Part shown: in pieces, positions 1 to 9,433 of the stretch
How positions within the stretch are numbered: position 1 is the first letter of the stretch
Layout of the letters: each line of letters opens with the position of its first letter
Assembly: GCA_035285125.1 (NCBI GenBank)
Contig: JAYKHR010000004.1
Coordinates: forward strand, 10,053-74,052
Length of the DNA: 64,000 bases
Source: Candidatus Sericytochromatia bacterium
GTDB lineage: Bacteria; Cyanobacteriota; Sericytochromatia; S15B-MN24; JAQBPE01
Direction of reading: 5' to 3'
Position numbers and translations under genes: made by a program
The notes under the pieces: generated by a model
Told to the model about the DNA's origin: nothing
What the model saw: the letters and a program-made list of their open reading frames with translations, nothing else
Databases searched by the model: none

Positions 1-187
1 CCCCGCCCTGGAACGCCCTGGACGCATGGCGCCATTGTAGCGCCAGCGCCGCGCGGTGACGAATTTACCGGCGTTTAACCGGAGAAATGATGCCCGGCAG
101 GGGACACTCCGAGCGGCGGGGTATAGTCCCAACAGGCGATGGGGCCGTGCCACCTCGCTCGCCAAAGGCACCAGGGGGCCACCAAAA

Positions 188-1024
188 ATGGAACGGAACC
201 GGCAAGGACGCAAGGGGGTCGCCCGCACCCTGCTAGGCTTGAGCCTGGCGGGCGCCGCCAGCTGCGCGACGCCGCAGGCCCCCACGATCACGACGCAGAG
301 CCAGGGCAGCGTGCCACCCGGCACGGCCGTGGTGCGGCCGGCCGAGACCCGCTTGATCGACGAGGGCGGGCCCGTCTACGCAAAGCCGCTCCCACCGGCT
401 GGCGCAGAGGGCGCGCGGCTGATCAACGAGGGAGGACCCGTCTACGTCATCCCCGGGGAGATCGTGGTGCCGACCTACTTCAAGGGCGACCGCACCGAGC
501 TCACGGTCACGGCGGAACGGCTCGGCGGCGCGCGCGTCGAGGCCGTCGTCCCAGCCAAGGTGGGGGCTGACGGCAGGTTCTCGCTGGTGGTGCCGCAGGG
601 CGAGAGGGCCTTCTTCGCCAGCACCGTCTTCCCGCAGGACGAGCTGCTCGTGAGGCTTCGCACCCTCGTGCAGCCCGGTGCAGACACCCGCGTCGTGCTC
701 GACCCGCTCGCGACGTTGGTGACCGCTCGCATCAGCCGCACCTGGCTGCAGGGCCACGAGCTCGACCTCGACCGGCTGGCCCAGCCGACGGCCGAGCTGA
801 TCTCGAACCTGCGCGCGGCGTTGCCGGCAGCCGAGCTCAACCGAGTGCCGCTGACGGGGAGCAACCTCGACCTCGCCCGCGAGCTCAGCTCGCTGGCAGG
901 CAAGCGGCCGGACCTCGACTACGCGCTGAACGCCTGGGAGGACAAGCTGACGGCCTTCCCCCTGCGCCCCCCGGAGGGCGCCCTCCCACCCGCAGGGCCC
1001 ACGCCAGGTGACGTCCCCAAGTGA
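188..1024 (+). CDS. Putative lipoprotein of unknown function with duplicated RLI(D/N)EGGPVY motif
   Basis: ATG at 188. Basic N-terminus, hydrophobic stretch and AASC lipobox. The motif occurs at 350-379 and 416-445. Confidence 0.7.
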   Translation: MERNRQGRKGVARTLLGLSLAGAASCATPQAPTITTQSQGSVPPGTAVVRPAETRLIDEGGPVYAKPLPPAGAEGARLINEGGPVYVIPGEIVVPTYFKGDRTELTVTAERLGGARVEAVVPAKVGADGRFSLVVPQGERAFFASTVFPQDELLVRLRTLVQPGADTRVVLDPLATLVTARISRTWLQGHELDLDRLAQPTAELISNLRAALPAAELNRVPLTGSNLDLARELSSLAGKRPDLDYALNAWEDKLTAFPLRPPEGALPPAGPTPGDVPK

Positions 1025-4000
1025 AGCCACCCGTGCGCGTGGCCCCGCTGAACCGGGTAAGTCGCCGGAGATGAGAGCTTCCAGCCCGCCCCTCAGCTTC
1101 AGGCCGCCCGCCCTTCCTGCCGAGATGGACGGACGCCCCGACCTGCTGGCGCGGCTGGCCGAGGGGCTGCGGCCCGACCGTCGCCTGACGGTGCTGTGGG
1201 GCCCGCCAGGGCTCGGGAAGTCGACCCTGGCGGCGGCCTGGCTGGCGGCCTGCCAGCGGCCGGGGCTGTGGTACCGACCGGAGCCCTTCGGCCTCGACCC
1301 GGCGATGTTCCTGTCGAACATGCTGGTGGGCCTCAAGCAGACCTTCGCAGGCTTCGACCCCAACTGGATGCCGCTGCTCGCGAGCGCCACGTACAAGGCG
1401 GCCTCCCCCGCCGTCACGGGCAACCTCCACGAGGCCCTGCTCGAGCTCGCGCCCAACGGCCTCGTGCTCGTGCTCGACTGGTGGGCCCCCGCGCAGGAGT
1501 CCCCACTGCGTGCCACGCTGGAGCTGCTGCTGGACCTGTTGCCGGACACCTCCCAGCTGCTGCTGGTGTGCGACCAGCCAGAGGCGCTGGCGCAGCTGCC
1601 GGCCCACACCCGCGAGTGCGTGATGCTCGGCCCCGAGGAGCTGGCACCCGGCCTGGTGGGCGAGCCCGACCGCCTGGCCCGCGCCTGGGGGGCCTGGCGC
1701 CGGGAGGTCGGGCTGGCGCCGGACGCGCAGCTGCCCCCCGCGTGGCAGCGGATGCTGGCCCTGGCCGCGCAGCTGCCGTGGGTGGAGCCGACGCTCTGGC
1801 AGGCCGTCGTCGAGCCGCTGGCCCCCTGGCCCGCCACCGCCGAGGCCTGGCCCCCCGCCCTGATCCGCCTGGCCGGCGAGCCACCGGCATGGATCCTGCA
1901 CCCGAGCGCCCGGGCCACCTTCGAGGGCCAGCTCGAGGCCGACGAGCAGCGCGAGCTCGCCCGCAGGTTGGGGGTCCACCTCGCCCAGACGAGCGCGCTG
2001 CAGGCCGTGCCGGCCTTCCTGCGTGCCGGCGACTTGGTCCAGGCCGAGGCGCTGGCCGCCCCCGCCGGCGAGGCGCTGCTCGGCGCTTACCACTACCAGG
2101 CCCTCGCGGAGCTGCTGGCGCTCTTTCCCGAGCCACATCGGGCAGGCTCGCTGCGCCTGAGCTGCCTGCGCGGCGACCTGCTGCGCGTCACGGGGCACCA
2201 GGACGAGGCCCTGAAACACTACCAGGCCGCCGAGGTGCTGTCGCGCGCCCGGGGGGACGGCCGGTGGCAAGGCCGGGCGCTCAGCGGCCAGGCGGCCCTG
2301 TACGGCGTGCAGGGCGACGAGCGGTTCTACAAGCTCGCCATGGAGGCCAAGGAGGTGCTCCCCGCCGAGGACCACGCCGGCCGCGCCAACGCCTACAACC
2401 TGCTCGGGATCTACCACATGCAGGCCAACGAGCTGCCGCTGGCCATGACCTACATGGAGGAGGCCCTGCGCCTCTACGGCAAGAACGGCGACAAGATGGG
2501 CCAGGGCAAGGCCCTGATCAACCTGGGCCTGTGTCACTCGAAGGTGGGACGGTTCGCGCGGGCACGGGAGACCTACATCGAGGCCATTCGCTGCGCGGAG
2601 GGCTCCTTCAAGTTGCCCATCCCGATGGTCTACAACAACCTCGCCCGCATCCACCTGCTGGAGGGCGACCTCCGGGCTGCCTGGGAGGCTGCGGAACGTG
2701 CCCTGAACCTGGCCAACCAGCTGGGCAGCCGCAGGGACGTGGCGTATGTCGAGTGGACCCTGGGCGAGATCAACGCCCAGCGGGGGGACTGGGCCAAGGC
2801 CACGGTCTACTTCGAGGCCTCGTTCCACAGCGCGTCCGAAAACCGGGACGCGATCGCCCAGTCGAACGCCCTCGCGAGCCAGGCCGAGGTCGCCATGATG
2901 CAGGAGGCCTGGACCAAGGCGAGGGTCCTGCTGGAGCGAGCCCTCCAGCTACGCGGCCTGCCCATCAGCGACCCGGCGATGTTCAGCCTCGGGGAGGTCG
3001 CAGCCCGGCTCCACCTGGCGCTCGGCGAGACCCAGCAGGCCGAGGAGATCCTCGCCGCCATCCACCGCTACACGGAGCGCCACGGCTTCCGCTACTTCCA
3101 GACCTCCGTCGAGTTCGTGATGGCCCGGACGCTCCAGGCCAAGGGCGAGGTCCTGGCGGCCGCCGAGATGTTCCAGAGCGCCTGCAGGAAAGCGGACGAG
3201 CATGATTACGCCTACCTCAAGCTGCGCGAGAGCCGTGGCTTCGACGAGCGCGTGCGGGTCGTGCCGCAGGCCGACGACGCCCTTCGCTCGGCGCTGACGG
3301 TGCTGGCCTTCGGCCACCCCGAGATCCGGGGCGAGGATGGCCGCCCCAACGAAACGCTGCTGCTGTCGAAGAAGGCCCAGCAGCTGCTGATCCACCTGAT
3401 GCTGCATCGGCGGGGCCTGACACGCGAGGAGCTCTCATCGATGTTCGGGCACCAGGGCGACTCGCGCTCCTCGGCCTCCTTGATGCTGGTGTCCCGGCTC
3501 AGGCAGGCGCTGGAGCCCGAGGCGGTCAGGAACCAGCCTTCTCGCTTCGTGCTGCTGCAAGACGGGCGCTACACCTTCAACTTCGGCCTGAACTACGTGT
3601 TCGACGCCGAGGAGTTCCTGTACCTGTCCCAGCAGGCCCGCGACCCCCACATCAAGCCCGAGGAGCAGCTCGCGAGCCTGAAAAAGGCGCTCGACCTGTA
3701 CCGGGGGCCGTTCCTGCCCAGCTGCGACGACGAGTGGGCCGTGATCGAACGGGAGCGTTTCCGCCAGCTCGCCAACGACAGCTTCGCGATTCTGCTGCGG
3801 ACCTTCACGGCCCGCGGGGACCACCGCGAGGTGCTGCGCCTCGCCGAGCAGGCGATCAAGCACGACGTGCTCTTCGAAGGGGCTCACCAGGCCAAGCTGG
3901 AGGCGCTTTCCCGCCTCGGCAAGCGCGAGGAGGCCCTCAAGCACTTCAAGCGAACGGAGCAGCACCTCGCCAAGAAGTACGGGCTGCAGCCCGGTGACGA

Positions 4001-4046
4001 TCTTCGCCAGACCTTCCAACAGCTGCTGCGCGGCCAGCTCCGCTGA
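1008..4046 (+). CDS. MalT/STAND-like ATPase-TPR regulator with C-terminal wHTH and BTAD domains
   Basis: Walker A GPPGLGKS, multiple TPR-like helices, VSRLRQALEP (wHTH) and ALDLYRGPFL...W...ERERF (BTAD). The start may instead be ATG 1071 or 1125. Confidence 0.8.
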   Translation: MTSPSEATRARGPAEPGKSPEMRASSPPLSFRPPALPAEMDGRPDLLARLAEGLRPDRRLTVLWGPPGLGKSTLAAAWLAACQRPGLWYRPEPFGLDPAMFLSNMLVGLKQTFAGFDPNWMPLLASATYKAASPAVTGNLHEALLELAPNGLVLVLDWWAPAQESPLRATLELLLDLLPDTSQLLLVCDQPEALAQLPAHTRECVMLGPEELAPGLVGEPDRLARAWGAWRREVGLAPDAQLPPAWQRMLALAAQLPWVEPTLWQAVVEPLAPWPATAEAWPPALIRLAGEPPAWILHPSARATFEGQLEADEQRELARRLGVHLAQTSALQAVPAFLRAGDLVQAEALAAPAGEALLGAYHYQALAELLALFPEPHRAGSLRLSCLRGDLLRVTGHQDEALKHYQAAEVLSRARGDGRWQGRALSGQAALYGVQGDERFYKLAMEAKEVLPAEDHAGRANAYNLLGIYHMQANELPLAMTYMEEALRLYGKNGDKMGQGKALINLGLCHSKVGRFARARETYIEAIRCAEGSFKLPIPMVYNNLARIHLLEGDLRAAWEAAERALNLANQLGSRRDVAYVEWTLGEINAQRGDWAKATVYFEASFHSASENRDAIAQSNALASQAEVAMMQEAWTKARVLLERALQLRGLPISDPAMFSLGEVAARLHLALGETQQAEEILAAIHRYTERHGFRYFQTSVEFVMARTLQAKGEVLAAAEMFQSACRKADEHDYAYLKLRESRGFDERVRVVPQADDALRSALTVLAFGHPEIRGEDGRPNETLLLSKKAQQLLIHLMLHRRGLTREELSSMFGHQGDSRSSASLMLVSRLRQALEPEAVRNQPSRFVLLQDGRYTFNFGLNYVFDAEEFLYLSQQARDPHIKPEEQLASLKKALDLYRGPFLPSCDDEWAVIERERFRQLANDSFAILLRTFTARGDHREVLRLAEQAIKHDVLFEGAHQAKLEALSRLGKREEALKHFKRTEQHLAKKYGLQPGDDLRQTFQQLLRGQLR

Positions 4047-4055
4047 GCCGAGGCC

Positions 4056-5981
4056 TCAGCGCGTCACGGCCACGGGCATGCGCCGCCGCAGCTCGCGACG
4101 CCGGGCCGAGGTGCGGGGATCCTCGTCGCCCAGCAGCTTGAAGTAAGCCTCGTAGGCGTCGATCGAGCCCTGGAAGACCTCGTCCATCGCCTGGGCGAGC
4201 CGCTCCGCCAGGCCCGCGCCCTCCAGCGGCTCGAGCAGCTGGCTCGAGAGGCGTCGCCCCCAGCCCGTGGCGCCGTACTTGTGGCGCTCGACGAAGACGT
4301 TGCGGACGCGCTCCAGGCGCGTCGTCGCGTACACCAGCCCCGACTGCCGGAGGTAGTGCAGGTCGTTGCGGAGCTCCCCCGACAGCTCCTCGGCGCCGTA
4401 AGCGGACGGGAAGGCCTCAGCCCACGTCGCCCGCACGGCAGGATGGCGCAGCAGGGTCCAGACGGCCTCGCGCCCGTCGAGGTAGAGCCGCGGCTCGTCG
4501 AGGGCGGCCTCGAGACGGTTCAGCGCCGCATACAGCGTCAAAAATAGCACGTCGAGGCGGGCCGGCTCCTGCGGCAGCCGCTCCAGCAGCTGGTCCACCA
4601 CCTGGCTCTCCAGCGCGAACAGCAGCCCGAGGCGAGCCCGCTCGCCGCGCCAGAACTCCTGCACGAAGTGGTTGGCCTTGTCGGTCGTCAAGGAGGGGTC
4701 GATCGTGCGGTAGCGCGCCACCCAGCCCTCGAAGTCGGCCTCCGTCATCCGGAAGGGCTGATCGGGCGGCGCGTAGACCTGGATCGCCGTGCCCTCCAGG
4801 GAGGCCGTGATGATGCCCGTGACCATCGGCAGATCCGTGAGCCGGCCGTGCCAGGGCACGTGCCCCACCCGCTGCGTGCGCAGCGGCGAGACGGGCGGGC
4901 TGACGCGGGCGACGTCGATCAGGAACGGCCGCTCGAGCGCCCCCGTCAGGCGCTCCTGCAGCGGCCGGGAGACGCTGCCCCGCCGCTGGTGCAGCGACTG
5001 CAAGGCGTAGCGCGCCGCCGGCGACAGCAAGGGGAAGTCGAAGGACTCGACAAGCTCGGCCGGTGGCCGGCCCGCCACGAGGTCCGCCAGGTCTTGCCAG
5101 GCGCGCGGGGCCCGCTCGCGCAGGAAGTGCTCCATGTCGACGTCCTGCCCCTCGTTGGCGACGACGCGGAAGCGGGCCTGCAGGGCCACGTCGGCGTCGA
5201 CGAGGGCCTCGCGGATCGCCTCCGCGAGCAGCAGGTCGCCCAGCCGCGACAGGGCGTTGTTCTGGATGTTGGAGATGAGCTGGTAGCGCGCCGCGAGGAG
5301 CTGGGCGGCAATGTAGGTGTGGGTGGCGCTGAGGACGAGGCCATGTTGAGGGTCGAGGGCCCAGAGGTTCTTCAGCGACTGCAGGTCGATGCCGTGGGCG
5401 AAGCCGCAGTAGTAGTTGTCGCGGATGACGTAGTCGATCCGGTCGGCGTCGATCTCGCCGTGGATCAGCAAGTTGAGCTCGCGCCGGGGGTGCTCGCCCG
5501 TGGCGAGGGCGGCCAGCTCGTCGCGGTCGATGTGGCGGTAATCGGGGTGCCGCGCGAGCACCTCCCCGATTTCGGGGTCGTGCCGGAGCAGGTGCCGCGT
5601 GTAGTCCTCGTGGTCGTGGTACTCCTCGAGGAAGCCGAGGCCGGGTTTGTCGGCGTAGCGGCGGGCCGCGTCCTCCAGGGAGTGCGAGTAGGGCCGGTGG
5701 CCGAGGTCGTGGCACAGCGCGGCGAGCCGCAGCAGCCGCTTCTCCTGGTGCGCGAAGATGGGCAGGTCGCCCGCGATCAGCCAGGCCGTGTGCATCGCCC
5801 CGATCATATGCTCGAAGCGGGTGTGGTGGGCGCCCGGGTAGATGACGTAGGCCATCCCCATCTGCCGCACGCCACGCAGACGGCTCAGGGGCCTGGTCCT
5901 CAGCAGGTCGCGCTCGCAGGCCGTGAGGGGAATCAGGCCGTGGATCGGGTCGCGGATGGTGCCGGTGAAGTGCAGGCTCAC
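4056..5981 (-). CDS. HD-superfamily phosphohydrolase (SAMHD1/YwfO-like) with C-terminal extension
   Basis: IRDPIHG, RLRGVRQMG, YPGAHHTRFEH, ALCHDLGHRPYSH and IDADRIDYVIRD motifs. GTG start at 5981 is inferred. Confidence 0.85.
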   Translation of the reverse strand: MSLHFTGTIRDPIHGLIPLTACERDLLRTRPLSRLRGVRQMGMAYVIYPGAHHTRFEHMIGAMHTAWLIAGDLPIFAHQEKRLLRLAALCHDLGHRPYSHSLEDAARRYADKPGLGFLEEYHDHEDYTRHLLRHDPEIGEVLARHPDYRHIDRDELAALATGEHPRRELNLLIHGEIDADRIDYVIRDNYYCGFAHGIDLQSLKNLWALDPQHGLVLSATHTYIAAQLLAARYQLISNIQNNALSRLGDLLLAEAIREALVDADVALQARFRVVANEGQDVDMEHFLRERAPRAWQDLADLVAGRPPAELVESFDFPLLSPAARYALQSLHQRRGSVSRPLQERLTGALERPFLIDVARVSPPVSPLRTQRVGHVPWHGRLTDLPMVTGIITASLEGTAIQVYAPPDQPFRMTEADFEGWVARYRTIDPSLTTDKANHFVQEFWRGERARLGLLFALESQVVDQLLERLPQEPARLDVLFLTLYAALNRLEAALDEPRLYLDGREAVWTLLRHPAVRATWAEAFPSAYGAEELSGELRNDLHYLRQSGLVYATTRLERVRNVFVERHKYGATGWGRRLSSQLLEPLEGAGLAERLAQAMDEVFQGSIDAYEAYFKLLGDEDPRTSARRRELRRRMPVAVTR

Positions 5982-6106
5982 GCGGCCAGCGTAGCACATC
6001 GGGCACCCTCCCGATGTGACCTCGCCGGGGGGTTCCTGACGGTTGTGGTAGGATTTGTCCGGGCGCCCCCTCGGGCGGGCGCCACGTGCTTCAAGGAGGT
6101 TTTGCC

Positions 6107-6379
6107 GTGAGTCAGCCGAAGATCGTCGCCTACCTCAAGCCCGTCTGCGGGTGGAGCAACGGCGTGCGGGCCGTGTTCACCAAGTACGGTCTTGCTTACG
6201 AGGACAAGGACATCATCAACAACCCCGCCAACTATCAGGAGATGGTGATGAAGAGCGGGCAGCCGATGCAGCCGTGCGTCGAGGTCGACGGCACGATGCT
6301 CGCCGACGTGAGCGGCGAGGAGGTCGAGGCCTACCTGCTGCGCGAGGGGCTCGTCGAGCCGGTCGGCGCGAGCGTCTAG
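6107..6379 (+). CDS. Glutaredoxin-like protein (CGWS motif)
   Basis: AAGGAGGT RBS then GTG. KPVCGWS and QPCVEVDG cis-Pro motif. Confidence 0.8.
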   Translation: MSQPKIVAYLKPVCGWSNGVRAVFTKYGLAYEDKDIINNPANYQEMVMKSGQPMQPCVEVDGTMLADVSGEEVEAYLLREGLVEPVGASV

Positions 6380-6870
6380 GGGGTCCGACGCCGCTTCAAG
6401 CGGTCCAGGCGGGCCTGCAGCAACGAGGTCTTGAGCACGGCGGACCCCACCGGGGCCGCCGTCTCCGTATCTGCCTCCGGCTCGCCCGCCGGAGCGGACG
6501 CCTCGGCAGCCACGGCCCCCTCCAGCACGGGGCCCAGCTCGGCCATCAGGGGGGCGAGCACCTCGTCGACGAAGGGAGACGAGGTCGCCACCGGCTCAGG
6601 CGCAGGCCGTGGCTGGGCCTGGGGCTTCGCGGCAGGGAGGCGCCGACCGGCGGGCTTGCGGGCCTTGCCTGCGCCGCGGTGCTCCAGCAGGTCCGCGATC
6701 TCGCAGCCGAGCTCCCGGCACAGGCCGTCGAGGAGCTCGAGGCTGAGCCGGTCGGGAACCTCGTGGCGGATGCGCGAGAGGTAGTTCTCCCCGATCTCCA
6801 GCCGCCGGGCCAGCTCCCGGCCCTTCACGCCGCGCGCCCGCATCAGGGCATCCAGCTTCCAGACGATCAC
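6376..6870 (-). CDS. Cro/C1-type (YozG/HTH_26-like) transcriptional regulator with low-complexity tail
   Basis: IVWKLDALMRARG...ELARRLEI...LSRIR...LDGLCRELGCEIADLLE. Confidence 0.8.
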   Translation of the reverse strand: MIVWKLDALMRARGVKGRELARRLEIGENYLSRIRHEVPDRLSLELLDGLCRELGCEIADLLEHRGAGKARKPAGRRLPAAKPQAQPRPAPEPVATSSPFVDEVLAPLMAELGPVLEGAVAAEASAPAGEPEADTETAAPVGSAVLKTSLLQARLDRLKRRRTP

Positions 6871-7016
6871 GCCACCCACCCCCGGGGCTTGGGCCGGACA
6901 CCCGGCGCTCCACGCTGCCTCCCGTCCGGAGGCAGCACATTATGACAACCACACCCGCGGCTGGCAACCGCGCCCCGGTGGCACCCCCCGGAGGCAGATG
7001 TTACGATACCCTCGCC

Positions 7017-7655
7017 ATGCCCGTCTCAGGCTTTGCCGCCCCAGCCGACGCCTCCCGCGAGGTCCCCGTGCACCGGCCCCTGTGGCTGCGCCTCGTGCAG
7101 GGGCTCGGCATCGTGGCGTCGTTCGTCAGCCTGCTGATCATCTACCTGCCGGACCTGCCGGTGGTGGGCAGGTTGTTCTACCCGCTCGCGTACCGCGCTG
7201 AGATCGAGCAGCAGGCCCGGGCGTTCGGCCTCGACCCGCTGTTCGTGGCGGCCGTGATCAGGCAGGAAAGCGGCTTCAAGCCTCAGGCGCGCTCGGCGGC
7301 CGGCGCGATGGGGCTCATGCAGCTGATGCCCGCGACGGCCCGCTGGGCGGCCCCCCAGATGGGGATGCGCGGCTTCCGGGACGACCAGCTGCTCGAGCCC
7401 GCCGTCAACATCCGGATCGGGTGCTGGTACCTCAACTACCTGTTCCAGCGCTTTCGCGACCCGGCCAAGGTGCTGGCCGCCTACAACGGCGGCGAGGGGA
7501 ACGTGAAGTTCTGGGGCACGCTGCAGGGCGAGCACCTGGCCTGGGCCTACCCCGAGACCCAGACCTACGTGACACAGTGCCTGCGGGCCTACCGCCGCTA
7601 CCACGAGCTGTACGAAGAAGAACACAAGCCCTTCCGGAGCCTCGCGCGACCGTGA
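7017..7655 (+). CDS. Membrane-anchored lytic transglycosylase (Slt domain)
   Basis: AVIRQESGF, GAMGLMQLMP, LAAYNGGEG and ETQTYV motifs, with an N-terminal TM segment. Alternative GTG start at 7068. Confidence 0.9.
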   Translation: MPVSGFAAPADASREVPVHRPLWLRLVQGLGIVASFVSLLIIYLPDLPVVGRLFYPLAYRAEIEQQARAFGLDPLFVAAVIRQESGFKPQARSAAGAMGLMQLMPATARWAAPQMGMRGFRDDQLLEPAVNIRIGCWYLNYLFQRFRDPAKVLAAYNGGEGNVKFWGTLQGEHLAWAYPETQTYVTQCLRAYRRYHELYEEEHKPFRSLARP

Positions 7656-8239
7656 GGGGCAGGTTCGAGCGCCTCTCGGACGCGCTGGGCCGCGCGCTGC
7701 CGGGCCTCGACATGGCCCAGCGCCGCAAGGAGAGCCTGGCGATGGCCTGCTGGCCCGAGGTGGTCGGCGAGGCCACGGCCACACGCAGCCGGCCGCTGCA
7801 CGTCAACCGGGGCGTGATGGTCGTGAAGGTGGCGAGCGCCGCCTGGTCGCAGCAGCTCAACTTGCTCAAGGCGCGCTACCTCGAGGCGATCGCGCAGCGC
7901 GTGGGTCCCGAGGTGATCCAGGACCTGCGCTGGCGCGTCGGCTCCCTCGACGAGCGAGACGAGGGGCCGACGGGGCCGAGGCCGCGGCGAGGGGGCCTGC
8001 AGCTGACCCGGCTGCCGCCCCCCCCGGCGGAGGCCGTGGACCGCGTGGAGGCCCAGCTGCGCGTGATCCGAGACCCCGGGGTCGCCGATCGCGTCCGGCG
8101 CGCGTTGCTGCGGGCGGCGAGCCTTCATGAGGCTCGGCGGGTGGCGGGCTGGCTGCCGTGCCAGGCCTGCGGCGTCCTCCATGATCCCGAGGCCGACGGG
8201 GGGCCCAGGTGTCCGCTCTGCAGGCGCCCAGGCCCCTGA
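7652..8239 (+). CDS. dciA: DciA/DUF721 family protein with C-terminal Zn ribbon
   Basis: WPEVVG...VKVASAAWSQQL, then CQAC...CPLC. GTGA overlap with the slt stop codon. Confidence 0.75.
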   Translation: MRGRFERLSDALGRALPGLDMAQRRKESLAMACWPEVVGEATATRSRPLHVNRGVMVVKVASAAWSQQLNLLKARYLEAIAQRVGPEVIQDLRWRVGSLDERDEGPTGPRPRRGGLQLTRLPPPPAEAVDRVEAQLRVIRDPGVADRVRRALLRAASLHEARRVAGWLPCQACGVLHDPEADGGPRCPLCRRPGP

Positions 8240-8424
8240 AGCAATCGTGCGACGCGGCACAGCCGCGCCCGACGATGCCCTCGTAGAATCAGCGCGCACC
8301 CCGCTCGCGAACCGGGTACGCGCACACCAGGGCCTGTCAGATGGTCGGGCGGTCGGGGTATAGAACCTATGACGATGCGGCGCCGGGGCCGCCACGGACA
8401 CCCCGGCCGCATCAGGAGCTCTCG

Positions 8425-9372
8425 ATGTCGAAGATCATTCTCTCTGGGGACCTCGGGCGGTTCAGGCCCGAGATGCTGGTCCGAATTCTGGAGTCGGTTC
8501 GGGCCGATGTGATCGTGACGCTGGAGAGTGCTTCCACGGGGCAGCTGACGGTGCTTCAGGGGAAGGTGGTCGGGGCCGCCCAGCCCCCGAACAAGGGGAT
8601 GGACGCGCTCAAGGAGATGGTGCAGTGGACGACGGGCACGTTCACGGTCCGGGACATCTCAGGCACGCAGACCAGCTCGATGGTGCGCAGCCCCGACATC
8701 ATGAACTTCCCAGACAACGCGAGCATCTTCCGGGCGATGATGTCGCTGCGGCGGCCCGGTGGTGGCCCTGGCGCGCCAGCCCCCGGCCCCGCGCCCGTGG
8801 GTCCAGCGGGCCCGCGGCCTGCCCCCGCGGCTCAGGCAGCAGCGGGGCCTCGCCCCGCCGCCCCGCCCCCCGGCCCCGCCCGCGCCACCATGGTGGGTCC
8901 CAAGATCGGCCCCCTCGCCAAGGTGCCCCACCTGTCCGACAAGGGCCGGCAGACGGTCAAGAGCCTGCAGGCGAACTTCGCTCGCGGCGTGAACGTCGAG
9001 GGCGACAAGTGGCGGGTGCTGATGAAGTGCAACGGCGAGCTGAACCTCTACCAAATCGGCGAGGAGATCAGCCTGCTGGGTGATCGCCTGATGAAGGCCA
9101 CCAAGGAACTCCAAGAGGACGGGCTCGTCAATTTCGACAACATCGACGAGCAGGCCGCGCAGCGCCTGACGGGAAACTTCAAGTTCGGCGAGTACATGAT
9201 CGCCAAGGGCCACATCACCCAGGTGCAGCTCGAGGCTGCCCTGCAGCGGCAGCAGGAGCTCGCCCGGAAGGGCCGGTACATGTGGCTGGGTGAGATCCTC
9301 GTCGAGATGAACTACGTGCGGCCCAGCCAGGTGCAAGAGGCCCTGGCCTACCAGAAGCGCACCAAGAAGTAG
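8425..9372 (+). CDS. DUF4388 (PatA-N-like) protein with C-terminal MshEN-like tandem motif
   Basis: LSGDLGRF...G..VGA...W..GTF N-terminal domain, Pro-rich linker, then KFGEYMIAKGHIT..QLEAALQRQ and WLGEILVEMNYV..QVQEALAYQ. AGGAG RBS. Confidence 0.7.
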   Translation: MSKIILSGDLGRFRPEMLVRILESVRADVIVTLESASTGQLTVLQGKVVGAAQPPNKGMDALKEMVQWTTGTFTVRDISGTQTSSMVRSPDIMNFPDNASIFRAMMSLRRPGGGPGAPAPGPAPVGPAGPRPAPAAQAAAGPRPAAPPPGPARATMVGPKIGPLAKVPHLSDKGRQTVKSLQANFARGVNVEGDKWRVLMKCNGELNLYQIGEEISLLGDRLMKATKELQEDGLVNFDNIDEQAAQRLTGNFKFGEYMIAKGHITQVQLEAALQRQQELARKGRYMWLGEILVEMNYVRPSQVQEALAYQKRTKK

Positions 9373-9433
9373 CGCGCGCTGACGCGCCGGCGCGGGTTAT
9401 AATCGGGGGTTCCCGCCCCCGACCGCTGCACGT

